A stretch of DNA of 63,675 bases, the filler included, from Salisapilia sapeloensis CBS 127946 (Eukaryota; Protista; Oomycota), in NCBI GenBank assembly GCA_023334545.1. It is 5 parts of 5 records of this genome, joined end to end, with 100 filler letters (N's around TTAATTAATTAA, not from the genome) between each part and the next. Parts side by side here need not be neighbours in the genome. Positions count along the whole stretch, not along the records: positions 26,894 to 48,324 come from JAADVB010000284.1; 4 more parts are not named here. One strand, 5' to 3'. The translations under genes and the position numbers were made by a program. The number at the start of each line of letters is the position of its first letter. Position 1 is the first letter of the stretch. A model generated the notes under the pieces. That model was not told the DNA's origin, did not search any database, and saw nothing but the letters and a program-made list of their open reading frames with translations. This document shows, piece by piece, positions 30,723 through 42,467 of this stretch.

Positions 30723-32315
30723 ATGGTACAGCCGATCGACTCTTCCACGATGAAGCACGAGGCTCAAAAACAGAATACAAGTGTCCAAAGCTCTGAATTT
30801 ACACTAGATGCATCTCGTAACAGTCAGAGTAGTGCAAATCAAAGTCATGCAGGATGGTGGTTAACGTATGCGACCTTCTTTTTTGCTGGTGCAAGTGCTG
30901 TCGCTGTGTGGTCTAGCATCACTTTGTCTCTAGATTACTTCCAAGCTCAATTCCCGAACGAAAGTGTCGGATTCGTCTTCCCTGTTGTCAATATGTCTAC
31001 CTTGTTGTCCATGACGCTCTTCATGGTGCTGTCTGGGAGACAGATCGGACTCGATGCGAGGATGCATTTCTCCCTGATGGCCTACCTCATCTTCGTAGTT
31101 GCTATCCCAGTCGCCAGTCTACTTTCTTTGCCTGGGAAGATGTCGTACGCATTGACACTGTTGGCGATCGTCGGGTCCACCATCTCGTCATCCGTGCTGC
31201 AGGCTACGATCTATGGTATCGGAGGTGTCTTCGGTGCTTCCTTCCTCCAAGCTGTAGAAGGTGGAAAGGGTTTCGGAGCCATCTTATTGTTCATTTTCAG
31301 ATTACTATTAAAAGCCGCCATCGGAACGTCATCTGAAGACACCGAGTACGCGATGCTTACGTCCAAAGTCGAGATGGCGACATTCTTTTCGATAACTTTT
31401 GGCATGATTTTCTTTACATGGCTATTGTACATTAGTATGAAACGAACGGAATATGCAGAACCGCTTATGCGAGAGTACTTGCTCGTGCAACATGACACGA
31501 CGTACCCGACAGAAGCCTTCTCTCCTATCAATAGCCCACGAAGCGATGACGATCTAGACTATGCTGCTAATGCTGAGCAGCAACCTCTTCTGTCAACTAA
31601 TGGCGGCCGAAGTGACACGTCGGTGAGATCCAGTGGCGAGTGGAATACTCGTCACTATGACACCACCATCGCACCAGTCTCTCCTTCATCTCATTTCTCA
31701 ACAAGTGGAGCGGAGATCGCATATGCTGTTGGAGACGATGACGAGTTGGATGAGATGCTAAACCACGCCGAGTCAGCGACAGTCCTCGCCGTCCTGCATG
31801 CTGCGGGCAAACCGTTTTTCACGCTTTTCCTTTCCTACTTTGTCTGCCTTGCCTGCTTCCCTGGGTTGATATCGGCTGTGCCGTCCGTGACCTTGGGTCT
31901 GGGTGACTGGTTCCCTGTGGTACTCGTCGGCTGCTACAATGTGGGCGACCTTGTCGGGAAGAACATCGTCGTGTATAAAATGCTTATCGACGTACGCTCG
32001 TTGTACCTCGTGTGGCCATTGCAAGTGGCTTTCATCCCATTCTTCATCCTTGCAGTCATCCATCCGATGGATGATATCGTACAGGTCATTGCGGTACTAC
32101 TTCTCGGACTTGTGACTGGATACGTTGCTACGAGTTGTGTGATACTTGCACCGAGTGTGTGTTCCGAGTATCAGAAAGAAGTGGCTGGAATGGTCGGAGG
32201 ATTGAGTGCTATTGTCGGACTCTGCGCTGGATCGTACGGTGGTTTGTTGATTGAAATGCTGGTGCAATTGTACTTGGGTCGATCGATACAAACGCCCTCA
32301 GCGCCGCACATTTAA
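30723..32315 (+). CDS. Equilibrative nucleoside transporter (ENT/SLC29 family)
   Basis: About 11 hydrophobic segments, VWSSITLSLDYF in TM1, large central loop, CYNVGDLVGK and GLVTGYVATS. Confidence 0.88.
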   Translation: MVQPIDSSTMKHEAQKQNTSVQSSEFTLDASRNSQSSANQSHAGWWLTYATFFFAGASAVAVWSSITLSLDYFQAQFPNESVGFVFPVVNMSTLLSMTLFMVLSGRQIGLDARMHFSLMAYLIFVVAIPVASLLSLPGKMSYALTLLAIVGSTISSSVLQATIYGIGGVFGASFLQAVEGGKGFGAILLFIFRLLLKAAIGTSSEDTEYAMLTSKVEMATFFSITFGMIFFTWLLYISMKRTEYAEPLMREYLLVQHDTTYPTEAFSPINSPRSDDDLDYAANAEQQPLLSTNGGRSDTSVRSSGEWNTRHYDTTIAPVSPSSHFSTSGAEIAYAVGDDDELDEMLNHAESATVLAVLHAAGKPFFTLFLSYFVCLACFPGLISAVPSVTLGLGDWFPVVLVGCYNVGDLVGKNIVVYKMLIDVRSLYLVWPLQVAFIPFFILAVIHPMDDIVQVIAVLLLGLVTGYVATSCVILAPSVCSEYQKEVAGMVGGLSAIVGLCAGSYGGLLIEMLVQLYLGRSIQTPSAPHI

Positions 32316-32933
32316 GTGGAGGTTCTGTTATTAGGCGAAGATTGAATATAATTTCAACAGGAACAAGCGAATTTATACTTTTATAAATGACTATTCTGAT
32401 ACGACTGAGCGACCTACAAATGCTCCTTTACCTGCCGAATCATCTTGATACGCGATCTTACTATGCCGCTCCTCGGTAGACAAAGGCAAGCGCATTGTTC
32501 TTTGCATAGGAGTTATAGATGAGAAAGCAACTGGTCCTGCCCCTTGCAGATTTCGTGCAAGCGTACTCTTTTACCCAATACAAGTCAAATAAATGACTTC
32601 AGTCTATACATCTAATGACGTAAAGGGATGCATGATGAAGAGCAAGATAGCGAGTACACGCGGTCGAAGAGCTCTATTGGACGTGACTTCAATCAAACTT
32701 CAAGTTATCTGAGACGGAGCTATTATTTCTTTTCGACGAATCAACATCCGGGATACCATTTTATAGCCAATCAAGACTAGTTAGCAGATTTTGTCAATCG
32801 TGGACGTGTTCAGCTTCTAGGAGTACGCGCGACAAGTACCTCTTGGTGACTGCCGCTGCCTTTCGCCTCCTAATCTCTACAGAACCTCAAGTACACCCCT
32901 TTGATTGTGCAAGATACGTCTCTCGTAGCAGCA

Positions 32934-35900
32934 ATGTTTCTGCAGTGGATCGCCAAGTGTGAGCTGGTGACGCCGACGCCCGAGTCGCATGTGCTCAAGG
33001 TGCATCCGCTTTCTCCTCCCCCTCCATACCATAACTCCATATCTTACTTGTAACTTGTGTAGAAATTCCCAGGCAAATGCCAGCAAGGTATGGCGTCGAT
33101 GGTGGTGAATTCCCTCACTGCTGACGGCGTCGACATTGCTGATCTACTACCGACGGCGCACCATGTCCATTGGGCTATGGAAGCGATTGGCCAGAGCTTT
33201 GCTCTATCTATGGATGACGGTGACGTTATCTTCGGAGCTGTCCGGATCTATGAACAGTGGCTCGGACTAGACTCTACCTCGTCAAAAGATAAAGACCGAC
33301 GTCCGCAGAGTATGCTCAAGTCGGAGCAAACGTTTATTCAAGATATGGTCGGGCACATGACGATGTTGTTTGAAGAACGATCAGGCAGTAGTTCTCCTTC
33401 AGACGCACACAGTGCGAAACACATTTCTTTATGCACACGTGTATTAGATTTACTAGATGCATTGATCAAGCGTCGTGGGCAACAGCTATCGCCACAGACA
33501 TGGGATCGTCTAACTCGCTACTTGTTAGGATCCGCAGACTCAGTTCTGCATGGATCCAGAGGTACACTCGGGTATCAGCTCTGTGGCCAGTTGATGCGTC
33601 TAGTCTTTGAAACGTACTTGCGTTCTCTTCCTGTCTGCGGACCGAAAGGAGACCTCTGGTCATTGTTTTCTAAATTCTCTAGACGTTGGATCCATCGATT
33701 ACCGGTGGTAGAGCAATGGAACGCTGTTACCGTAGCCTTCACTCGGAGTATGATGAAGCAACTGCGTTCTCCATCTCCGACATCCGAGGTGGAAATCACA
33801 TGGGCAGACAACCGGATGCAATCTTCCATCGAGTACGTTCCTTTATGAACCCTACAAACTTATGTAAGACTTACGTGTGAGCCGTGGATAGGATGGAAAG
33901 TCAGCTCTTGGCGTACGCTTGGTATCGTTTACTTCGTGTGATCGGACATCCAACTGCCATTCACGATCCAGATGTGTACTACACTGCGATCAAAGGCATC
34001 ACTCGTCTCGCAGATGAGTTCACACACATGGATCGACAGTCGAATGTGGATTGGGAAAACGTCCTTGGGGCATTAGATTCCTCCGAGACGCGTGGCAATT
34101 CGACGCTTTACTTTGATAAAACGAGTGAAATTTCAGTCAATAACAGTAGCGTCATGGCCGAGCAGCCACGTGCACCACCTGACGTGAACTCGATCCTTCG
34201 CCTTCTCGGTCCATGGCTCTTTGATGCCTGTCTTGTTCGTCGAGACAAGTATGCTGCTGGCAGAAGTGAGGCGTTGCGTTGTTTAGGCAAGTTATTGACA
34301 AAGTACAGTGGCAGTCGTACGAAGCAAGTGAACTGGTCGTACTCGCTACGAGCACTCATGGCGCTCCAGTCTGCTCTCGACGATAATGATGAACGTATCG
34401 TAGCGTCAGCAGTATACAATTGGTGGCGCGTCCTCGGGTTGTTTGGTGGACACACGTTGCGTGGTGCAGGCGTCGTCTCCACCTCGTTGCACCGCGCTAT
34501 CGATCGACTGCTCAAGGCTGGAGAGCGTCGTGATCCGACCTCGAACCTCCAGCAAAAGGCTAGTGAGGGTACGCGACGAGTTGCTGAAGCGTTTTACAAT
34601 AGCGACGAGTTCCATATTGGTGGCATCCCTATCGTCCTGTTACGTCGAGCTGGTCTCAAGGCATGCGCTTCGCTCTTGTCACTACACGCACATGTCCCGA
34701 AGCAAATGATGAAGGATGCCGAGAAAGAGTTGACACCGATCAACATGTCGGACGTCTCTGGTATCGTCTCCACGATGCCCAAGTACACGAGTTCAAACGT
34801 CGTTGGCATGTTGTCTGCAGCCCTTAAGGGCGAGTCGGATCCGACGAACCAGCAGTTGATTATGTGGCTACTGACGATCGCGATTGAACAAGAAGCATCG
34901 TTATGGTCCACTGGTCTGTCCTCGAGCTCCAACTCCCAAGTTCCTGTCACGATCTTGTTGCTTTGTACTATGATGAGCAAGTCGAATCGGTACAAGCCAC
35001 CCGTGATGTTCACAGCATTCGCATGCCTACGACACATGACATTCGTCTGCGAAAGTCTGTTTACACACACGAGCAATAGTGTCGTCCACGTAGTGAACTC
35101 TTGCTGCGACTTTGTCACGACGAACGCACCTGTCTTACGTTCCAGTCGGGTACCTTTTTACCTTGACTCGTTGATGGCATCGGCATATGACTGCATCATC
35201 GATTGGATCGTTGCTGCACCTTCTCTTCTAGGAAAAGCGCATGTCGTCGATAAGATCATCACGACCGTCGTGGATGGCAATGAGCGTATTCAGTCCTTCG
35301 CTTCGAAGACGATGGCACCAGCAGTACGTGGTGCAGCACAGAGACTAGTCAATATGCTGATGAAGCACCACGCAGCACAGTCGAATTGCTTTGGACCGAT
35401 GAGTTCACGATCGGCCTTGTTTACCGAGTCATCTGTGCTGAGTGAGTACCTTTTGCTTCCAGAAGACACGGCAGACATACTATCGCATTGTCATTTCTTT
35501 GCAGTTGGGAAGGCATCCATCGTGACGGTGGTCGAGAAACCTGCCAACAAGATCGGGTCCGCGGAGTGCATTGTTATCATGCGCGATGGCACGGGACGAT
35601 ATGTCTGGCGTACAAAGCCGAGATACCGTGACGGCGCTCGTATCGGTAGTATCGAAGAGTTTGAAAAGTATGAGGAAGGGGAGGAAAATGTGTCGGATAC
35701 CGAGACGGATGATTCGCGGGAGAACGACGAGTCGGATGATGAGGACGAGGATGTGGCTGGAGATCCTCTCTTGCAAGCACTTCGGACGACGGACGCCAAG
35801 TCGCCTCTAATGAGCTGGAAGAGTCGTGGTCAGGGCGATGGACAGGCGAGGAAGCGGTCAGCGTCTAGACAAGAGAATCCAAATAAAGTGACGATAGGAG

Positions 35901-37171
35901 AAGGCAACACGGGTATCAGCTCATTGATCGAAAGGAAGGCACAGGCAGCGGACCCGGATATAGATCGTGAACGAAAGGACGTTGTCTTTGAAAAGTTGTT
36001 AGATGTACAGAGCCAAGAGGATGACCTTGCAGCATCTGAACGATCGCTATCACCTCGTCATCAACAGCAGCTTCGGTGTCGTAAACCAAGACGAGATGAA
36101 CGAGCTGGAGAGAACTCATGGTCTGTTGCTAGAAGACTAATGACTGAATGTGGTCTCGTCTCGGTTCAGAATTGGGGCGCAGTGTTTGCTATGCATGGAT
36201 CAGATGATCTTTTGAAAGAGATCGAAGCGTTGGATCAACTTCCTGATCGAGAAACATTTGAATTCGCCGTGACGTACATTGTTAGTGAAAGCTCGGAAGG
36301 TGGGTATGATAAGATGCACGTCGTGACAAGTGCCGACGTTCAAAGTAGTTTCCATGAACTTTCGAGTGATTATGAGAATTTCTTATCGGCATTGGGGGAA
36401 CATGTTGGACAGACGGATACCAAGGTCGATTCGCTCGTTGGTACGAACATGGATTCGTCTCGACAGCAGCGATGCATGCTCTACTATTCTCAGTATAGTG
36501 CCGAAGCACTCTTCTACGTCCCGACGATGGTCACTCGTCGACGTGCACGAACGATTGATGAAGAAGCGTATGCGGATCGGTTGTGGAAGAACCCACTAGC
36601 GCCACTTACGAATGCGAATGTCTTGATCGTGTGGAGTGAAGCACAGCAGAACTATCGGCCAGGGAGTGTCTTGTGGGATACAGCCGTCGGTCTGCCATTG
36701 CCAACGTCGAGAGTAGTTATCATCATTGAGCCGCTTGGACATGATTTGTACTGTGTTCGCATCTCTCATGAAGGCACCGCGCTCTTTGATCATGAGGAAG
36801 TGATTACGAATGCAGAGGATGATTGTGTGGATGAAGGTGAAGTCTTCTGTGCACGTGTCTTGGGACCGTTGCAAGACGGGACTGTCGTGAATGGCGCGTG
36901 GCTCGCGCCACTTGTGCGCCAGACGGCGCTGAACGCAGCATCGCTGACGCGGTCGTATGAAAGATACCAGTATGATGTCGGGAAGCTATCGTCATCTCCG
37001 ATCGGACCGGAAGTGAATCGAGAGAATGCGATTACGGAGATGGTGGAGCGTCATGTCCGACCGACGTTGCCAGGTGAATTCTATGGTGGTTTGTTCTCAA
37101 GCTCTCCAGCGACGACAGTCCAGACTTCTCGTAGCAGTGATGAAGGATCTATACATTCATCTTATCGGTAG
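32934..37171 (+). CDS. RALGAPB: RalGAP-beta-like large protein with C-terminal Rap-GAP-like domain, 3 exons
   Basis: Introns 33000-33062 and 33833-33891 splice in frame. N-terminus MFLQW...VLKKFP...VVNSL and HVHWAMEAIGQSFALSMD...AVRIYEQW; C-terminal LDQLPDRETFEFAVTY...YENFLSALG...VLIVWSE...GPLQDGTVV...LVRQTALNA. Confidence 0.75.
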
Positions 37172-37374
37172 ATAGATGACGAAAAGATTTACATGAAAGA
37201 AATGGTTTTACATCGATGCAAAGTCACAATACAAAACGACTTTATGTGCACACGACGTCATAGCTATTTGTAGCTCGGACGTTTCATCATGAAATGTCTT
37301 ATCTGAACAGACTACTTATCAATCTTTTCAATACTTGGTACTAGAAGAGAAAATCTTGTCATTGTGGTGGCAGT

Positions 37375-40369
37375 ATGTCTATTCGAAACTTTGTTCGATC
37401 ATTAACGTCTCCTAGGACGTCACCTACAAGAGCGGCATCGATGGAGGATAATGACAGTGGGAGTTCATGTTCTGGTTGTGATTCTAGACCACCAAGTCCG
37501 TCCAGATCGAGACCTCCGAGTCCGACCAAGTCTTGCATTTCAGGGGAAGTTTTTGCCCCTTATTCGATCGATGAAGAAAGCAGGCCAACGATCAAAGGCT
37601 ACTTGATTATTTTGCGTCGCCGGTACTGCACACTCCATGATCGAACTTTGAAACTCTTCAATACCAAGGAGGAAGCTACACCGACGGAAACTCAACCAAA
37701 TCCGGTCCCGAAGAAGCAGATTACAGTCGTTGGTGTCCGCGATGCAGCCGAGTTGGAACCTGGCGTTAGGGCATCGCTACTTAAAGGCTGTTATGGAGGG
37801 CAGACAAAGGGTACGGCGGCTGCCAATCCTGCAGCTTATGAGCAGAGTCTTATTGTGACCACAACCAAATCGAACTTTGTCGTGATCCAAGCGGAGACCA
37901 CAACGGAGAAACAACGTTGGCTTCAAGCGTTTAATAGTTTAAACTTTCCTTCAGCCGATAGCGAAAAGCTATACTTTGAAGACATGATTAACCGAGAGTA
38001 CGTCCCATTTGATGCACATGCTGCGATCAAGTTCCTGCACAAGTACTGTCACAATGCCGTCGCGACGGAACTCATGATTGACCGCTTTGCGAAGTATGCC
38101 GAGAGCAATGTGGATGATGTCGAGTTTTACGTCCAACAGATTGTGCATTTGATTGTGAATGTAGAGATTGCAGCGCCCGAGAGATTAGTCCACTTGCTGA
38201 TGTCCATGTGTAAAGCAACTCAATACGTCGAGCACTTAGGCAACTGCATTCATCTTGCACTGCAGCTCTTTTGGCTCCTAGAGGCGAAAATGCAGGATGG
38301 TGACTCAAGAGTAGTAGCTCTATGCAGCAACTTGATCGAGTGTATTGAAGCCAATGTCGTGAATCAACAATTCGATACATCCGACACGCCCGTGGCTGAA
38401 GTTGCTGCTGTTCTTTTATCCATTCCTGGCGTGCAGCAACGTTTATCAAGTATGGAAAGCAGTGAAAATACAGAGGAAAGTAAAGAGATAGAGGAAGATT
38501 CAAACGACCAGATTGAGCGACTCATGAGGTGGATCGAAACCGAACGCGTAAAGCGCCACGAATACTTTCACGAGGAACGGGAATTTGTGAAATCGCTTAC
38601 CGATATCTCCGACCGTATGCTCGCTATTACCCCTGTGAGTGATCGCAAGAAGGCTCTACCTGAAGAATTGAAAAACATGTACATTCCTGAGATGGCTTAT
38701 ATTCCACTCGGTCGCGTATCTGATCCTTTCTGCCGTATCACTCGAGTTTTACCAGACGAAGGAACGGTATTTTCAACGCACAGCAGAGCTCCATGTCTAA
38801 TATGCTTTGAGGTTATTGAAGACGTCATTAATGTTGCTGGTCAGCGTCGGTCCCAAAACGAAAGGCAGCTTCGGGGACAAGAGCAAGCTTCAGAAATAAG
38901 CTCAAATGTGCAGGCATCATGGTTTGAAAAGATATGTCCAGGTTTGGACGAAGCACAGTTCATCAAATATTTTAAAAAGTTTGTCATCAGTGGCAAGACG
39001 GTCCCTTTTACTATCTCCTTCCCCACATATAATGCGAAAGACTACAATTCACAGAAACCTCTACCAATGCCGCTTTCACCACGAGACAATGACGTTAAAT
39101 CAGAGTCCTCAGAATCTCATCAAAGTGTCCAGTCGGAATATGAAGATGATGCTCGATGTGAATCACTTCAACAGATATCGTCGGCAAGCAGCCACTCGGA
39201 GTCTGACCTGGGATCACCACAACGAGTGTTGTCGCCATCATGCGTAAATGATACTTTGAATACGTCCACAGCACCAGCTACGGAGGAGGAGCGCAAAATC
39301 TTCCGCCGGAGTTCCAGAACGGCCTATGAGATGGGCTTGGCAAAGATTATGGCCGAAAATGATGCGCTTGGAGAAACTTGGGAAAAGAAAAAGGTAAGTT
39401 TGCTTGGTTTTACATGGGATACATTCAGGCTACAAGTGCTAAGTATGCTTCCCTTACAGCAACGTATTCGTGCTGCTTCACCCTATGGATACTTGTCTGG
39501 ATGGAACCTCATATCGCTAGTAAGTTCATTCTCATATTCGTGGTAACTTAGGCATTGATCGTCAAAACTTCGTCCTTGCCTAGATTTCCAAAAGTAATGA
39601 CGACATTCGGCAAGAGATGTTTGCAATGCAACTCATCACACAGTTCCAAGAGATCTTCCGAGCAAACGAGTTGCCACTATGGCTGCGCCCCTACCGAATC
39701 ATATCCACTGGCAAGACGACTGGTCTGATCGAAACTATCACGGATGCCCAATCACTCGACTCACTCAAGAAAACGATGGACTACAAAGGACTGCGCAACC
39801 ACTTCGCCAATACATTTGGCAGTCCATCCAGTCGTTCCTTTCAAATCGCTCAGCGTAAATACCTACATAGCCTCGTGGCATATTCACTCGTCTGCTATTT
39901 GCTCCAGATCAAAGACCGTCACAACGGAAATATTTTGATCGATAACGAAGGTCACTTGGTCCACATTGACTTTGGCTTCATGCTCGGTATCGCTCCTGGT
40001 GGTAGCTGGAGCTTTGAGAATGCTCCCTTCAAGCTAACGAAAGAGATGACAGAGGTACTTGGTGGTGTCCAGTCGCCAGTGTTTGGTGATTTTTCCAAAC
40101 TCTTTGCGTGCGGTCTCCTCGCACTTCGTAAAGACGCCGATAGGATCATTACGCTCGTCGAAGTGATGATGCACAACTCGACTTTCCCATGCTTCCAAGG
40201 TCGAGACGTGACGAGAGAGCTGCAGAAGTTAAAAGATCGCTTCTTCTTACATGCATCAACGGAAGAAGTGGTGCGATATGTCATGAAAATGATAACAACG
40301 AGCTACAAGAACAAATGGATGAAGCGGTATGATCAATTCCAACGTCTTACAAACGGCATTACGCCATAG
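37375..40369 (+). CDS. PI4KB: Phosphatidylinositol 4-kinase (type III beta-like) with N-terminal PH domain, 3 exons
   Basis: PH (IKGYLIILRRRYCTL...TTEKQRWLQAF), helical domain FYVQQIVHL, KSNDDIRQEMFAMQLI, KDRHNGNILID, HIDFGF and FENAPFKLT. Confidence 0.88.
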
Positions 40370-40435
40370 CCTGCGCTTTCTTTCCCGAATATACATCCAG
40401 CTTGGAGAGATCATGTTGGTTCTTGCTCTTGTGTT

Positions 40436-41794
40436 TTATGGGTTCGGATCGAAATCAAATTGAGATGAACTTAGATCAGTCACGTCAAAACCTGCTAGAT
40501 TGGTCGTCGATGCGGCAGGACTCTTCCCTGTAAAAGCAACTCCAGTTCGCATCGATGGTTGCTGTAAGCCACTAGTATACCGAGGGTTCGTTTGCAGATT
40601 CATTTGTGGAGGACGTGGTCCATTGGGCATTGGTGGTTTCATCGCTGTCGCATTGGAGGTACTGGGCCCATTCTCGTGTCGTGGCCGCTTCGCAGCAGCT
40701 GGATACGCTGGTCGATGGCCGTTAGAGTTTTGTGGGGTGTTCACTTGGCCTGTGCTTGTACTGGTTATTGCTGATGTGTGCTGTAAAGGCTGTGCTGCTT
40801 GTATATTGGGCTGGATTTGTAGTGGAGGAATGCGTTGGGGCGAGACTGGAAGAGGTGGCTCTGTCTTTGTAGGCGTTTGGGCATTGCTAATAGCTGCCGA
40901 AGTAGACGGTGGAGGCCGAGGTGGCATCGCTGGCTGCTCATATCATTAGGAAATAATGTACTTTGATTTGGACGAATGGAAAAAAGTACCTTGTTCGTGT
41001 AGGCGTCACGAACGTGCTAATGCTACTGTCAGAGTCTTCATTTAATGTTGGTTTATGGATAGAGCATACCTCTTGGTCGTAGCAAGAGTTGCCGAGGTAT
41101 TCTCCAAAGAGTCGAAGAGTGCGCTTGCGAGCATCCGAGATACTGGACTGCAGTAAGCGTTACTACAAATATACACATGAGAGCAATGCAAGAAGGGAGT
41201 GCACCTTTTTGGACTGTTCAATGGCTGCAACTACGTCACGTTGGCCGTCACTTCGTCCGATACCTGTGTCTTCGTGATACGTCCCGTCCTTGAGCTCAAT
41301 CCTAACGTCTGAGCTGTACGCGACGCACCATTTCCCATCCTTATGCTCTCTCTAGTATATACGTCACTATCCTTCATACTCTTTTATCCTTCTTATTTGG
41401 TAATTTCTAGACATACGTGAATTTCTTCGCATTTTAAAATAGTGCATGCCCATCCGTTGAACCCAAAGGCGTTATTCGCGAGCTCAATCGCTTTCCAACT
41501 TTCGAGATATGTCAACCTCGTACCACCTGGACCTGGTCGTCTCTTCAAGTCGGTTTTAGCAAGTTTCTGTTTTAGATACCCGCTCACTTCGGCTTCATTC
41601 GCTTGTTTAAATGCAACACTTCCAAAGCGACGAGCCATTTCATGCTTTTGTTCATTCGAAACTTCCGAACGGTGGTCTTCATTGATGAAAGAACTCACTA
41701 AATTCGGTACTTGCTCACGTATCATACGCTGAACCATTTCACGTATCTCTGGACTCATTGTAGCATCCATTTCCGCCGAACTTCGCTTCATCAT
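40436..41794 (-). CDS. RAD52: RAD52 single-strand annealing / recombination mediator, multi-exon
   Basis: RRPGPGGTRLTYLESWKAIELANNAFGFNGW, then spliced VRIELKDGTYHEDTGIG and SISDARKRTLRLFGEYLGNSCYD; Pro/Gln-rich C-terminal exon. Confidence 0.88.
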
Positions 41795-41939
41795 GCTCGA
41801 CTTGTCTCGTCTAGTTTTTATTTGTTGCTGTCGTCAGTAGATTAGTAAATTTCAAATGACAGGAGGTTAAATTGCAAATATGCAGAAGCGCGATGGTATG
41901 CCACGAAGCAGTCACAAATCAATTGTATCAGGAGTCAGC

Positions 41940-42216
41940 ATGTCGGACGTGAACGGACTCGTTTTCCAGCCTCTGCAGCAGTTTGCACGTGACAGCGTTC
42001 ACCTTGTGAAGAAGTGCAACAAGCCGGACCGCAAAGGTAGCTTCCCTCGTCCTACTGATCGTATCTCCCTCGTACTTATCGTTGTCTACAGAGTTCACAC
42101 GTATTGCTGGTGCCACGGCCGTCGGCTTTTTGATGATGGGCTTCATTGGTTTCTTCGTCAAGCTCGTGCACATCCCCATTAACAACATCCTTGTCGGTGG
42201 CGACAAGGCTGCATAA
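41940..42216 (+). CDS. SEC61G: Sec61 translocon gamma subunit
   Basis: [18 protein letters not shown] | [36 protein letters not shown]; intron 42037-42091. Confidence 0.95.
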
Positions 42217-42467
42217 AGCGTCGACGATTCGACTGGACCGCATGCACGTGGACGATGTTTTGCAGCATGTTGGACAATAGTGCCGAGATGATGCAAGTCG
42301 GAATAGGATTTGGATCGGATGACCGTAGACGAAACAAATGCAAGCTTTCTTTGTTTTCATATTACCTCAATCCATCCTTCCCTCCCTTTATGCAGTCGAT
42401 CTTACGTATCTACTTTGCAAAGTATTTTTATACATGTCGATAGAAACGTTTTAATCATCAACGGACG

